Positions 22,170 to 32,881 of a DNA stretch of 64,000 bases are shown piece after piece; position 1 is the first letter of the stretch; each line of letters starts with the position of its first letter. The notes beneath the pieces were generated by a model. That model saw nothing but the letters and a program-made list of their open reading frames with translations. It had not been told where the DNA came from and did no database searches. A program made the translations under genes and the position numbers. The stretch is taken from IMG/VR virus record IMGVR_UViG_3300028676_000003, positions 186,001-250,000 of that record, one strand, 5' to 3'.

Positions 22170-22530
22170 CGTAAAGGGTGATACTCTTATTCAGATGCAT
22201 TTATCTGATGCTAAGATAATCCTTGCAGACGTTTTAGATAGAGAAGTCCTAGATAGCATCATAGATGTTTATAAGCAAAGAGACTCCATCAACGATAGCA
22301 CGATTCAATTACAAGTGAAAGAAATAAGACTTCTTAATGAAAAAAGTCTTAATCAAGTAGCACAAAATGATAATTTGAATAAAATAATTGAACTTAAAAA
22401 TGCTGAGATTGCTGAATTGAATAAAACAATAGTTATTCAAAAGAAGGAAATCAAAAAGCAAAAGTTTTATAAGGTATTGACATTCATTGCGGCTGTCGTA
22501 TTACCAATTACAGTTTTAACCCTAAAATAA
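22069..22530 (+). CDS. Signal-peptide coiled-coil protein with C-terminal TM, spanin-like
   Basis: Hydrophobic N and C termini flanking a coiled coil. Confidence 0.4.
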   Translation: MKYLLTLIVCLLMGLQMHSQTTSIKEPRVQTIVNVKGDTLIQMHLSDAKIILADVLDREVLDSIIDVYKQRDSINDSTIQLQVKEIRLLNEKSLNQVAQNDNLNKIIELKNAEIAELNKTIVIQKKEIKKQKFYKVLTFIAAVVLPITVLTLK

Positions 22531-22931
22531 TGAAAGGCGACTTTAAACCAAGAACACTAAATTTTCTAAAAAAGAATAGATTTATAGTAAATTTTCCTGA
22601 ATCGTTTAACATTCCACAATACCAATTAAGAAGTGTTAAGATTCCACAAATTCAATTAACTAATGGTTGGAAGATAAATTACTCAAACTGTGAGATAATT
22701 TACGGTCTTACAGTAAACGATGATTTAGTAAAAACACTAATGGAAGTCATGGAAAAAATGGATAGTTTTGATTTTAATATTGAACTATTAGATTCTGTTG
22801 GTGTTGTAGTTGAAAAATATTCTATGGTAGGTTTAATAAATAGAATCGAAATAGATGAATTAGATAATGGAGCTGATGGGAATATCAGTGTAAAAATATC
22901 ACTCTCAATAAACAACTTTAAAGCCCAATAG
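22530..22931 (+). CDS. Tail tube (T4 gp19-like) family protein
   Basis: 'NRFIVNFP', 'IELLDSVGVVVEKY'. Confidence 0.6.
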   Translation: MKGDFKPRTLNFLKKNRFIVNFPESFNIPQYQLRSVKIPQIQLTNGWKINYSNCEIIYGLTVNDDLVKTLMEVMEKMDSFDFNIELLDSVGVVVEKYSMVGLINRIEIDELDNGADGNISVKISLSINNFKAQ

Positions 22932-22975
22932 GGCTTTTTTTGTTATTATTTTGATATTTATTAAAAAACAATAAT

Positions 22976-23230
22976 ATGACTCAAGATAACAAAAATTACA
23001 TTAGAGAAAATCTATCTAAATCGGATGTTTCGAAAGAGATGAGTGTTTATATGAACACCAAGGAATTCAAAGATAAGATTGAAAAAATTGTTCAAGAGAA
23101 ACTTAAGAATAATAAAGAACTAGAAGATAAAGTAGTAGAAATAACATCAAATGTATTAACACAACTTTATAAAACTCTTTGGGTTAAAAGAGGTCTTTGG
23201 AGAAATAATTTAAGTAATAAAAGTAGCTAA
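22976..23230 (+). CDS. Hypothetical protein
   Basis: ORF after ATATTTATT motif. Confidence 0.55.
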   Translation: MTQDNKNYIRENLSKSDVSKEMSVYMNTKEFKDKIEKIVQEKLKNNKELEDKVVEITSNVLTQLYKTLWVKRGLWRNNLSNKSS

Positions 23231-24667
23231 ATGAAACAAACCCCAAACCGTAAATTGGTTAAGATTACCAAAGAACAATACAATAGAATATTCGCCTCTA
23301 AACTACTTACAGAAGGTGAAATGGATTCTATGGCTCCAACTGAAACTGATGGAGATTTAAAAAACGAAACACTTGAACTTATCAAGTATTTATACCGTGA
23401 ATCAAAAGACTTGTCTCCGTTTTGGGAACAAAACGGATTGACTTACGAAGAATTATGCACATATCTTGCAAACAAAAACCTTATCGTTCAAAAAGACGGT
23501 AAATATGAGATTCCTAAATCTTTAGGTAGTCCACAAAGAGCTGTAGAAGAAATTGAAACTGCTTTACAACAAGCTATTGGTTCACCTGAAGAAGAAATGT
23601 CTAGTGAATTACCAATGGATGTAGAAACTGAAATCGAACCTGAAATTAGCGATATCGAAATTGAAGAAGACAACTATCCATTAGGAGCACAAGATGACCC
23701 AATGGCACCTTGGAATCAAGGAGAGATGGAACCTGAATATACTGAAGAACCAATCGTTGAATTAAATGGTCCACTATCAACATTAGCAAGTAACCACGAG
23801 TTAAGCATCCTTACAGATGGTGTTAACCAATTTGTATTTGTTTATGGTGATATGAGTGAACAACCTCTTGATGACCAACAAGTTAATCAATGGGCTGAAA
23901 TGAATCCACAAGAAATTGGTTACGGATTAGACTCTTGGATTGAAGGTAGAGATAGACTTATTCAAATTGATGATGCTCTTAAACAAGACCTTATGACAAT
24001 GTATGATAAAGATGGAATTATTCTAAATGCAATCAATCCAATTGATGAGGAAGAAGAATTCATTGGACCAGTTGAACCATTAACACCAATTGTTATTGAT
24101 TCTCCTTCAACAGGTGGAAATAAGGTAATTGAAAAACTAAAAGAATTAAAAAGAGAAGAAGATGCTATGGAAGGAATGGCACCTGAAGGTTTAGAAGAAA
24201 TGACTTCTGCTGGTTCGTCTGCTACAGGTGGTTCATCAGGTCCTTTTACTGCACCGTTAAATTTCGGAAATGGAAAAGAAGATGATATTATCAAAAAAGA
24301 AATTCCTACGATTTATGAAATGACTGACTCAAGTTCATCAGGACAATATGATGCAAATGCACTACACGGAATCGGCCGTGATGGTTCTTTCAAGAAAACC
24401 AAAAAAACAAAAGCTGAAACTCATACACAATGGCCTGACGGTGGATTTGTTGAATTTAACGATTGTACAAAGCTTAATAATAAGGTAGCTGGTACAGGTT
24501 GTAGTGGTGGAGCAGTTGATAATGTAGTATCAGTAAAGAAAACAAGTGGAAATATTAATGCACCATCTTTAAATGAAATGAGAATTCTTGTGACTATTGC
24601 TCAAAAAACGGGTAAAACAATCAAAGAAATAAAAACGATAATTGAGGCAAAAAAGGCGAAAGCTTAA
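23231..24667 (+). CDS. Acidic protein, probable internal head protein
   Basis: 478 aa, 'KITKEQYNRI...LLTE' N-terminus, many xxE motifs. Confidence 0.5.
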   Translation: MKQTPNRKLVKITKEQYNRIFASKLLTEGEMDSMAPTETDGDLKNETLELIKYLYRESKDLSPFWEQNGLTYEELCTYLANKNLIVQKDGKYEIPKSLGSPQRAVEEIETALQQAIGSPEEEMSSELPMDVETEIEPEISDIEIEEDNYPLGAQDDPMAPWNQGEMEPEYTEEPIVELNGPLSTLASNHELSILTDGVNQFVFVYGDMSEQPLDDQQVNQWAEMNPQEIGYGLDSWIEGRDRLIQIDDALKQDLMTMYDKDGIILNAINPIDEEEEFIGPVEPLTPIVIDSPSTGGNKVIEKLKELKREEDAMEGMAPEGLEEMTSAGSSATGGSSGPFTAPLNFGNGKEDDIIKKEIPTIYEMTDSSSSGQYDANALHGIGRDGSFKKTKKTKAETHTQWPDGGFVEFNDCTKLNNKVAGTGCSGGAVDNVVSVKKTSGNINAPSLNEMRILVTIAQKTGKTIKEIKTIIEAKKAKA

Positions 24668-24710
24668 TAACTTTGCTGAAAAACAATATATTTATAATAA
24701 ACTCGTAAAG

Positions 24711-26438
24711 ATGGATAAAAACATAATAAAACAATACTTATCAGAAAGATTTCTTGCTGAAGTGACTGGAGATAGCAGTACGCCTGGGATTACGGTGACT
24801 AATGCGGCTAACAAAAAGTCAGGCAAAATCAACAAAGATGGTGTTAACGCAATTGAAAAAGATGTTAAACAATACGACAAAGACTTGAAGAAAAACAAGT
24901 CTGAAGTAAAGAATAACAAATTCAATTATGAAAATGATTGGGAAAAAACTTACCATAATGATATGGAAATCATGAATGGTCAAGAGATGATACAATACAC
25001 TAGTGAACCAAGCAAGCTTTTTAAAGAAAAAGCTAAAGAAGCTATTGAAGGTAGTACTAGAATGGGAAACAAAGGTGGTAAAGGTAGAGGTAACGCTGAG
25101 GAATCTTGGGGTGCTTCATCTGACGACTTTGGAAAAGACTTCGTAAAAAGAGTTGACGCAACTACAAAGAAAAGAGCTGATGCGGCTGATAAACTTATCA
25201 GTTTCGGTGATGATATCGAAAACACAAAAAGCAAACCAAAAAACAATACCAAGTTTAGTGCCCTTAATGAAGGTGCGTTAGGTAAAGGATATACTCACTT
25301 TGCAATCAACAAAAATGATGGAAAAATCTATGATGGTTGGGATTACACTGGTGAAGATAAAGAAAGTGTTGCTTATTACGCTAAGATAGATTTAAAAGAT
25401 AATTTTCCTAATAATAAACCAAGTGATTTTAAAGTAGTAACTAAAAACTTGCTTGCAAAACAAGGAATGAATGTTTCAGACACTAATAATTGGTATAAGC
25501 CAGAGAGTGCTAGTATTAACAATAATAACCCACAAATAAAAGAATCAATGAAAAGACTTAAATTTAAAAAAGAATTTAACGGTGTTGGAAACGCCCTTAA
25601 AATGATACCTGAGTCATATAGAGTAGATAACAAAGAATTTGAAATGACTGACGGAAACGAAAGTTACAAAATTCGTTGGGAAGGTACTCTAACTGAAGGT
25701 AGAGCGGTAGTTTTAACTGCGGCAAACAAAACAATGATAAACGAAGATATGCAAAAGATGAAACACCTTATGGGGTACAAATCTCAAGATACTCTTGGAA
25801 CTTCTAAAACGGTTTCTAGACTAACTGAAGGTGCTATTTTTGACGATATTCTTGCAAAAACAAGAGTACTTTTAGAAGGTGAAGATATCGAAAGCGTAGA
25901 TGCACCTGAAAAAGATGCAGAAGGTGATGATGTTATCAACCAAGCTCCTGAAGCTAAGAAACACATTGAAGGTTCAGCATCAACAGATGACGGTACTGAT
26001 GTTCCAGCTCCAAAAGAAGGACATTGGGAAGATATCAGCGTTCCACAAGCGGCTGACGCTAAGAAACATATCGAAGGAAGTGTTGCAACTGAAGCTAAAA
26101 CAAACGCACCAGCTCCAAAAGAAGGTCATTGGGAAGATATTAAAAAACCACAAGCGGCAGAAGCTAAAAAAGACATTACAATGAACGAAAGTGAAGAAGA
26201 AGAGGTTCCAGTTAACAACGAAGACCCTACGACTCAGCCTGGTTATGTTCATGAAGATGAGGTAGAAGACGAAGAAGAAGAAATGGTAGATGAATCAATC
26301 AAATTAATGGTTAGTGAGTCAACTGGTAAATTCTACATCGTTGGTGCTACAGATAAACCTTTTGCAGTTCCTGCTAAAGATAACGCTAAAGCTCTTAAAA
26401 ATCCTAAGAAATATATCTCTGAAGTATTTAAAAAATAA
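24711..26438 (+). CDS. Probable internal head protein with tandem repeat
   Basis: Two copies of 'AKKHIEGS...PAPKEGHWEDI..PQAA'; LNE/LTE/INE motifs. Confidence 0.5.
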   Translation: MDKNIIKQYLSERFLAEVTGDSSTPGITVTNAANKKSGKINKDGVNAIEKDVKQYDKDLKKNKSEVKNNKFNYENDWEKTYHNDMEIMNGQEMIQYTSEPSKLFKEKAKEAIEGSTRMGNKGGKGRGNAEESWGASSDDFGKDFVKRVDATTKKRADAADKLISFGDDIENTKSKPKNNTKFSALNEGALGKGYTHFAINKNDGKIYDGWDYTGEDKESVAYYAKIDLKDNFPNNKPSDFKVVTKNLLAKQGMNVSDTNNWYKPESASINNNNPQIKESMKRLKFKKEFNGVGNALKMIPESYRVDNKEFEMTDGNESYKIRWEGTLTEGRAVVLTAANKTMINEDMQKMKHLMGYKSQDTLGTSKTVSRLTEGAIFDDILAKTRVLLEGEDIESVDAPEKDAEGDDVINQAPEAKKHIEGSASTDDGTDVPAPKEGHWEDISVPQAADAKKHIEGSVATEAKTNAPAPKEGHWEDIKKPQAAEAKKDITMNESEEEEVPVNNEDPTTQPGYVHEDEVEDEEEEMVDESIKLMVSESTGKFYIVGATDKPFAVPAKDNAKALKNPKKYISEVFKK

Positions 26439-26528
26439 TCAAATCACAATCAATAAAGCCACTCTTTGAGTGGTTTTTTTGTTTAAGGCATATTTATAGT
26501 AAAATAACATGATTTAAATCACATTACT

Positions 26529-27143
26529 ATGAGTTTAATTAAACTACAAGAGAAAATAGGAGTTAAGGCCGATGGGTCTTTTGGTCCAGCAACACTAAAA
26601 GCGGCAATGGCGTACTTTGAGTTAACACCAGTACAAGCGGCACACTTTTTCGGTCAAACAGCACATGAAACAGGTGGGTTCAGTGTATTTACAGAAAATC
26701 TTAATTATTCAGCTAAGGGACTTATGACAACATTCCCAAAATACTTTCCAAGTAATCTATCGGAACTATACGCAAGACAACCATATAAGATTGGTTCAAG
26801 AGTTTACGCAAATAGAATGGGTAATGGAAATGAAGCTTCACGTGAAGGATATTTCTACTGCGGTAGAGGTGCGCTTCAAACAACTGGAAAAGAAAATTAC
26901 CAAAAATTGGCTAACTATCTTAAAAACCAAGATATCATGACAAATCCTGACCTAGTTGCGACAACATATGCTTTCGAATCAGCTAAGTTCTTTTTCGATA
27001 ATAACAAATTATGGGCCAAGTGTGATAAGGGTATAACTGATGCTACGATACTTGCAGTTACAAAGGTAATCAATGGTGGAACAAATGGTCTTGATGATAG
27101 AATTTCATTGACTAAGAGATATTACAAATGGTTAACAGAATAA
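26529..27143 (+). CDS. GH19-family endolysin with N-terminal peptidoglycan-binding segment
   Basis: 'GVKADGSFGPAT', 'QTAHETGGF', 'ENLNYS', 'GRGALQTTGKENY', 'INGGTNGL'. Confidence 0.9.
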   Translation: MSLIKLQEKIGVKADGSFGPATLKAAMAYFELTPVQAAHFFGQTAHETGGFSVFTENLNYSAKGLMTTFPKYFPSNLSELYARQPYKIGSRVYANRMGNGNEASREGYFYCGRGALQTTGKENYQKLANYLKNQDIMTNPDLVATTYAFESAKFFFDNNKLWAKCDKGITDATILAVTKVINGGTNGLDDRISLTKRYYKWLTE

Positions 27144-27197
27144 CACTATTAATCTTTATTTTTTTGAGTTTGATACTATATTAAATAAAAAAAGAAT

Positions 27198-27668
27198 ATG
27201 AATAGATTTGATAGAATTAGCTTTTTAGCATATATACATAATCCTATGAGTAGAGAGAGTATTGCGGTATTATATGATGCAAATAACATAAAGTTTGAAA
27301 AATGTGAACTTTATAGTGATTTTGTACAATCATTACTAATGCTGATTTTTAGCACATATATGGGTGATGAATTCACCAATCTTGATGACCAATTTAAACA
27401 TTTCGAATGGTGTTGGGACAAGACAATAAAAAACTTTGAAGAAGAAGGTATCTTTTTTAATAGCAATAAGTTATACAACTACTTTTTAGAGTTTATGCTT
27501 GAGGTATTTTACTCATACCCAGATAAATCCAATTTTGAGTTTACCGAAAAAGGTATACTTAGAATATGGAATGATATCTTTAATTACACAAGTACAAAGA
27601 CAAATTCGGATATTGACACACTGATAGAAATCTATCAAATATTCGAAAAATCGTTGAATAATGATTAA
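27198..27668 (+). CDS. Hypothetical protein
   Basis: ORF track. Confidence 0.55.
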   Translation: MNRFDRISFLAYIHNPMSRESIAVLYDANNIKFEKCELYSDFVQSLLMLIFSTYMGDEFTNLDDQFKHFEWCWDKTIKNFEEEGIFFNSNKLYNYFLEFMLEVFYSYPDKSNFEFTEKGILRIWNDIFNYTSTKTNSDIDTLIEIYQIFEKSLNND

Positions 27669-27718
27669 AAAATAGGTTTTACACTTTATTTTAAAAAATA
27701 AATTAGTAGTTTTACAAT

Positions 27719-27961
27719 ATGAATACACAAAGACTTTTCGACGCAATGATTCTAAAGTTATCCCTAGACCAAAAAAAACTAGAGGATGAATTAGAACGTA
27801 CAGTAAATTCAGATAACCCAATAGATATGAAATTGGCTGATTTTACAAGGTTATTAGAAAGAATGGTAGCCTTAGATGCTTCGATACAAAAATTTAATCA
27901 AATTGTATCGAGTCAAAATAACAATAATAATACAGAACAAAACAACACTCCAAATGGATAA
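27719..27961 (+). CDS. Hypothetical protein
   Basis: ORF track. Confidence 0.5.
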   Translation: MNTQRLFDAMILKLSLDQKKLEDELERTVNSDNPIDMKLADFTRLLERMVALDASIQKFNQIVSSQNNNNNTEQNNTPNG

Positions 27962-28133
27962 ATTTAATCAATTAAAAGACCTAGTTGCTGGGTTAGAAGA
28001 AGATGCAACAAAATTTTACGATAAAAACAATAAAGCGGCAGGTGTAAGACTTCGTAAGGGGCTTCAAGATATCAAAACGCTTTCACAAGCTTTGAGACAA
28101 GACGTTTCAGCTAAAAATAACGAAGGAAAATAA
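27954..28133 (+). CDS. Bacteroidetes-type histone H1-like (Hc1 family) protein
   Basis: 'DATKFYDKNNKAAGVRLRKGLQDIK' signature. Confidence 0.75.
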   Translation: MDKFNQLKDLVAGLEEDATKFYDKNNKAAGVRLRKGLQDIKTLSQALRQDVSAKNNEGK

Positions 28134-28141
28134 TAACTAAT

Positions 28142-28354
28142 ATGTTACTAACAATAATAAATAAAGTTTTGGTAGTTTTATTTTTTCTTGCATGTCTAAC
28201 AGCGTTAAGACATGGATATTACATTATCCAAGCAAGTCTTACTTCAACTGAAGAAAATCCAAGAAAATATGTTTTATCTAAAAAAACCCTTTTATTATTA
28301 GGGTTATCGGTAGCATATATCCTATCAACTATCTTTACAGGAATACAAATTTAA
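28142..28354 (+). CDS. Small two-TM membrane protein
   Basis: Two hydrophobic segments. Confidence 0.5.
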   Translation: MLLTIINKVLVVLFFLACLTALRHGYYIIQASLTSTEENPRKYVLSKKTLLLLGLSVAYILSTIFTGIQI

Positions 28355-28357
28355 AAG

Positions 28358-29146
28358 ATGGCAAATATACAAAAAGCACTAGATGCGCTTCAACCATACG
28401 TAATTGGAATTCGTTACCTACAAGGAACACCGTTGGTTGATGTTGTTTTTAAAGAAGGTTGGACACTACCTGAAGATGCTCATATTACCCGTGAGAAAGG
28501 TGACGAGTCAATGAACTACTATATGTTGTTCAGTCAATCACCACACATTGGTTTAGATGAACTTTTAGCGTATGTCGAAAAAACAATCAGACTTAATCAA
28601 GACCGTGAGAAAAAAGAAGACTTGTTAAAAGCAAAGATTAATGAAATGAGACAATTATTCAATAAAAACTCATTAACGAAACTTCAAACACTTAAATTCA
28701 CCTTCAAAGATGATATGGTGGTTGATAATTTTTCTTTGGATATTGAAAATGATGTTCAGAATACTGTTAAAACACCAAGTGTTGCAGAAGTAGAAGAAAC
28801 TGAAGATTCAGTTGTTTGGTCGGCTCCTTATCAAGAAGAAGAATATGATGAAGAACCTGAAATTCAAGAACCAATAGCTTATTTAGATGAAAATAAACAA
28901 CCAATTGCCTTGACTGAAGAAGACCGTGAAATTATGGCTGAAGAAGCTAGAGCTGAACGTAATCGTATCATGATTGAAAGAAGAAAAGAAAAACGTGCTA
29001 ATGCACCTGCTCTTCCAAAAAATAAAGTGGAATTACCACCTAAAAGACGAGTTCCAGCTATGGCTGAAGAAGTTCACAACTACGGTAGTTGTAATTGTGG
29101 GCCTGATGAAGCATGTGGTGAGTGTATTGACTCAAAAGGTTACTAA
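28358..29146 (+). CDS. Hypothetical protein with C-terminal Cys cluster
   Basis: 'CNCGPDEACGEC'. Confidence 0.55.
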   Translation: MANIQKALDALQPYVIGIRYLQGTPLVDVVFKEGWTLPEDAHITREKGDESMNYYMLFSQSPHIGLDELLAYVEKTIRLNQDREKKEDLLKAKINEMRQLFNKNSLTKLQTLKFTFKDDMVVDNFSLDIENDVQNTVKTPSVAEVEETEDSVVWSAPYQEEEYDEEPEIQEPIAYLDENKQPIALTEEDREIMAEEARAERNRIMIERRKEKRANAPALPKNKVELPPKRRVPAMAEEVHNYGSCNCGPDEACGECIDSKGY

Positions 29147-29202
29147 TAGACATAAAAAAAGACCCATTTAAGGGTCTTTTTTGTTTTTAGGTGTAAGATA
29201 AC

Positions 29203-29544
29203 TTAATCATTATTAAAAGCTCTTTCTAGGGCTTCCTGAAGCGTATGGATTAACCACACACCAGCAGTTGAAATCAAACCATTAAAGAAAACTATTAGAT
29301 AAAGGTTAGTCATTCCTAATGAAGCCATTGGTGTTAATGCTAAATAACCAAAATAGTTAAAGATAAGCGTTACAGCAAATCCCATCCACGTACCTAAACA
29401 CATAAAACATGTAAATAATTTATGAAGTGATTTCCCACCTGTTCCTAGCTTAGCTAGTAGGTTTCTGAAACCTTCAAATATGGACCCGTAAATTAGATTA
29501 TTACAAGCACCATAACAAATTAATATAAAAAGAAGTAAAGTCAT
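29203..29544 (-). CDS. Membrane protein with CxxC (DUF1360-like)
   Basis: 'LFTCFMCLGTWMG' between TM segments. Confidence 0.55.
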   Translation of the reverse strand: MTLLLFILICYGACNNLIYGSIFEGFRNLLAKLGTGGKSLHKLFTCFMCLGTWMGFAVTLIFNYFGYLALTPMASLGMTNLYLIVFFNGLISTAGVWLIHTLQEALERAFNND

Positions 29545-29633
29545 AGTTTTTTATTTTAAATATAATAATAAGTTTTTACAATGTCAATAACTATTTACTA
29601 AAATAACGAAATTCGATAAATTTAATAAAAAAG

Positions 29634-29852
29634 ATGAAAGATAACTTAACAAACAGAGAAGCTAGTAAACTTGAGAAGGATATACTAGTTGAAAAATACA
29701 AGACAGCTCTTAAAAAGAACCAATTTCTTAATGAGTTGAAAAGTGGACTAGGTGCTGAGATTAAAAAGAATCCAGGTCGTGCCAAGATAATAAAAAAGCC
29801 TTGGTATGCTAAAATACTAATAACATTACGCAAAATATTCACTAAATTCTAA
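29634..29852 (+). CDS. Hypothetical protein
   Basis: ORF track. Confidence 0.5.
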   Translation: MKDNLTNREASKLEKDILVEKYKTALKKNQFLNELKSGLGAEIKKNPGRAKIIKKPWYAKILITLRKIFTKF

Positions 29853-29854
29853 AT

Positions 29855-30082
29855 ATGAACTACGACTCATTAATCGAAACCATTTCACTAATGGTTGAAA
29901 ACGAAAAAATAAACACAAAAGGTCTTATTATGACTTATGAATTAAGCGAAGAGGAACACTTGAACCTAAATGTGGACCTATTCTATAAAACCAACCCAAA
30001 CGGTAACTTCCAACCAACCAATGACTTTGAAGTTGAAATTGGTGGAATATTAATTAAATTTGTAAAAAAGTTGCAAGATTAA
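29855..30082 (+). CDS. Hypothetical protein
   Basis: ORF track. Confidence 0.5.
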   Translation: MNYDSLIETISLMVENEKINTKGLIMTYELSEEEHLNLNVDLFYKTNPNGNFQPTNDFEVEIGGILIKFVKKLQD

Positions 30083-30105
30083 AAACTTTTTAATACCTTT
30101 GCCTT

Positions 30106-30372
30106 ATGAATATTAACGATTGGATTGGAATAGTTGGTTCTTTGCTAATGTTATTAGCATTTATCTTGAACATTATCGATAAAATTGATGATGATGATTT
30201 ATTATACATTTTATTAAACTTCTTCGGTGCTGGAATAGCATGCTACGCTTCATATATGATACCGTACTACCCATTTGTGGTTTTGGAAGGAGTTTGGACA
30301 CTAGTTTCAGCTTGGGGTATCTATGACTACATCAAACGTTATATAAAAAGACATATAAATGAAATTAGATAA
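30106..30372 (+). CDS. Three-TM membrane protein (CBU_0592-like)
   Basis: 'DWIG.VG..L.L.AF', 'Y.LLNFFGA', 'PFVVLEGVW'. Confidence 0.6.
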   Translation: MNINDWIGIVGSLLMLLAFILNIIDKIDDDDLLYILLNFFGAGIACYASYMIPYYPFVVLEGVWTLVSAWGIYDYIKRYIKRHINEIR

Positions 30373-30985
30373 GATTCTTGATTATGCTCCTGAAAAGCTA
30401 TTAGAATTAGAACATATCTGTGGAATTGATGAAGTTGGAAGAGGTTGTGGTGCGGGTCCTGTGGTAACAGCGGCTGTGGTACTTCCGAAAGACTTCAAAT
30501 CAAACCTATTAAGAGACTCAAAGAAGTTATCAGATAAACAGAAGAAAGAAGCCTACGACTTAATCATGGAAAATGCTCTAGCTATTTCATGTAAGGCTGG
30601 AATTGTAACAGATATAGATACGATGGGAATTAACCCAGCAACATTCAAAGCAATGCATGAATGTATCTTAGAAGTTAAAACAATTCTAGCGATAAAATAT
30701 CAAGAGCTTGATGCAATCTTATTAGATGGGATTGTTTGGGATAAAAACTCAGATATTAAGGTTAACTTGGTTCCAAAGGGTGATGATACTTATATGTCCA
30801 TTGCAGCGGCCGCTATCGTGGCTAAGGTAAGAAGAGATGAATACATGGTAAAGCTCCATCAACTCTATCCAAATTATGGTTGGGACACGAATGTAGGTTA
30901 CTTATCACCAGCTCATATAAAGGGTTTAAAGGAACACGGAGCAACAAAATACCATAGAAAAGAGTATATTAAAAAATTTATTTAA
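30359..30985 (+). CDS. rnhB: Ribonuclease HII
   Basis: 'GIDEVGRG', 'DSKKLS', 'KGD', 'SIAAA.IVAKV.RD'. Confidence 0.93.
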   Translation: MKLDKILDYAPEKLLELEHICGIDEVGRGCGAGPVVTAAVVLPKDFKSNLLRDSKKLSDKQKKEAYDLIMENALAISCKAGIVTDIDTMGINPATFKAMHECILEVKTILAIKYQELDAILLDGIVWDKNSDIKVNLVPKGDDTYMSIAAAAIVAKVRRDEYMVKLHQLYPNYGWDTNVGYLSPAHIKGLKEHGATKYHRKEYIKKFI

Positions 30986-31003
30986 AAATATTTCACTTTT
31001 TAC

Positions 31004-31034
31004 TTGCATATTGAAAATTATTGTAGTACCTTTG
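31004..31034 (+). promoter_or_regulatory. Bacteroidetes-type sigma70 promoter (-33 TTG, -7 TACCTTTG); representative of many copies
   Basis: Same motif and 23-nt offset at 37282/37305, 38598/38621, 42761/42784, 48167/48190, 49013/49036. Confidence 0.8.
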
Positions 31035-31072
31035 TACCACATTAGAAATAACAAATTAAAACAAAAGAAATT

Positions 31073-32512
31073 ATGAGTACATTATTGAAAGCAATGCAAA
31101 CTAAAGATTCAGTTACTGAAAACGGTATGGCAACAAACTCTACTTCATTGAACAACTCGGTTGATTTATTCTTCCAAATTGGTGCAATGAGAGGGCAAGA
31201 CAAACAACGCCTTATTAATGCATTCACGAAATCTTTTGGTGAAAATCCGTTAACAGCTATGAAGTTGTTATTTTGGGCACGTGACGTAAGAGGTGGTGCT
31301 GGTGAAAGACAAATCTTTAGAGATATTGTTGCTTACTTAGCTACAAACCGTACTGAAACACTAGCGAAAAACGTTGGTTTATTTGCTGAATATGGTAGAT
31401 GGGATGATATCTTGGTATTATTCGGTACTCCATTGGAAGCACAAGCTTTAAGCTTAATCGCTGAAGCGTTGGCAAACAAAAACGGTTTATGTGCTAAGTG
31501 GATGCCACGTCCAAACGTTAAGAACCGTGAGGACAAAAGAATCGCTAATACAATTAGAAAACACTTGGGGTTAACACCTAAAGAGTACAGAAAATTGTTG
31601 GTTGAAAATTCTAACACTGTTGAGCAATTGATGTGTGCTAAAGAATGGTCAAAAATCGAATACTCTAAATTGCCTTCAAAAGCAATGAGTGATTTGATGA
31701 AAGCGTTTTCTAAAAATGACTTGGCTAGATTCCAAGCATACTTATCAAGTGTAGAAAAAGGAGAAGTTAAGATAAATGCTAGTGCGGTTTACCCATACGA
31801 CATTTTGAAAAGCTTAATGCAAGGTAATACCAAAGGTGCTAACGTACAATGGACTGCTTTACCTAACTACCTTGAAGGAAGCAAAGAAATCTTCATTCCA
31901 GTTGTTGATACTTCGGGGTCAATGTTTTGGGATTCTGCTAAGATTAGTGGAGACTTGTTCGCAGGTCACGTTGCAATGTCATTAGGTATGTATATCTCAG
32001 AAAGAAACTTAGGTGTTTTCCAAGATGCATTCTTAACATTCAACACTCGTCCTGAGCTTCATGTGTTAAAAGGTACATTATCTGAAAGATATGAACAATT
32101 GAGACGTTCACCAGTTGGTGGAAGTACAAACCTTGAAGCGGTTTACACACTATTGTTAAACAAAGCGGTAGAACACAGTGTTCCTGAAAGCGAAATGCCT
32201 ACAATGATTATGATATTTTCGGATATGGAATTCAACCAAGGTACAAGCGGGAACTACTCAAATACTGCTCAAGAGATTGCTGAGAAAAAATACGCAGACG
32301 CTGGTTATAAAATGCCAAAGGTTGTTTATTGGAACTTAGCATCTAGAAATGACAAAAACAAACCAGTTCAATTCGACAAGAATGGAACAGCCTTAGTGTC
32401 AGGATTCAGTCCAGCACTTTTAGGTAGTTTGTTAGGTGGTAAAGACATGACACCATACTCAATGATGATGGAAGTTATCGGAGCTGAACGTTACTCTAGA
32501 GTAACAATCTAA
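31073..32512 (+). CDS. TROVE/Ro60-related protein with vWA domain (DUF2828-like)
   Basis: 'TENG', 'RDVRGGAGER', 'YGRWDD', 'AKWMPR', MIDAS 'DTSGSM', 'FSDMEF'. Confidence 0.8.
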   Translation: MSTLLKAMQTKDSVTENGMATNSTSLNNSVDLFFQIGAMRGQDKQRLINAFTKSFGENPLTAMKLLFWARDVRGGAGERQIFRDIVAYLATNRTETLAKNVGLFAEYGRWDDILVLFGTPLEAQALSLIAEALANKNGLCAKWMPRPNVKNREDKRIANTIRKHLGLTPKEYRKLLVENSNTVEQLMCAKEWSKIEYSKLPSKAMSDLMKAFSKNDLARFQAYLSSVEKGEVKINASAVYPYDILKSLMQGNTKGANVQWTALPNYLEGSKEIFIPVVDTSGSMFWDSAKISGDLFAGHVAMSLGMYISERNLGVFQDAFLTFNTRPELHVLKGTLSERYEQLRRSPVGGSTNLEAVYTLLLNKAVEHSVPESEMPTMIMIFSDMEFNQGTSGNYSNTAQEIAEKKYADAGYKMPKVVYWNLASRNDKNKPVQFDKNGTALVSGFSPALLGSLLGGKDMTPYSMMMEVIGAERYSRVTI

Positions 32513-32564
32513 AACAAAAATATGGAGTGGGAAACTGCTCCATATCTTTCAAATATTGTTTAAA

Positions 32565-32761
32565 AAGATGTATTCTGCAAAATTAAAACAAAAAAATTAA
32601 ACAGATACTATTAACGATGAAAAGGGGGTCTTTCCTTTAAAAACAGATTACCAACAAGGGCCACAAAAGAAGATTAAGGATTGCCTTCCTACTTTAGTTT
32701 ACAGTAACAACACAATGGGTAAAATCTTACAGGGTTCGATGATAAAGCCCCCGCATCTTGA
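32565..32761 (+). ncRNA. Putative structured RNA, repeated motif copy A
   Basis: AAGATGT/GCATCTT closing stem, ATTCTGCAA after 5' strand, followed by terminator. Confidence 0.5.
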
Positions 32762-32881
32762 AACAATCAAACAAAATAGCTCCTTTTAGGGGCTTTTTTT
32801 GTTTTATGTCTTTACTCATAATTTTTTTTTATGTAGTTTTGTTTATAAATTTAAAAATAATACTATATTTAAGAATATAAC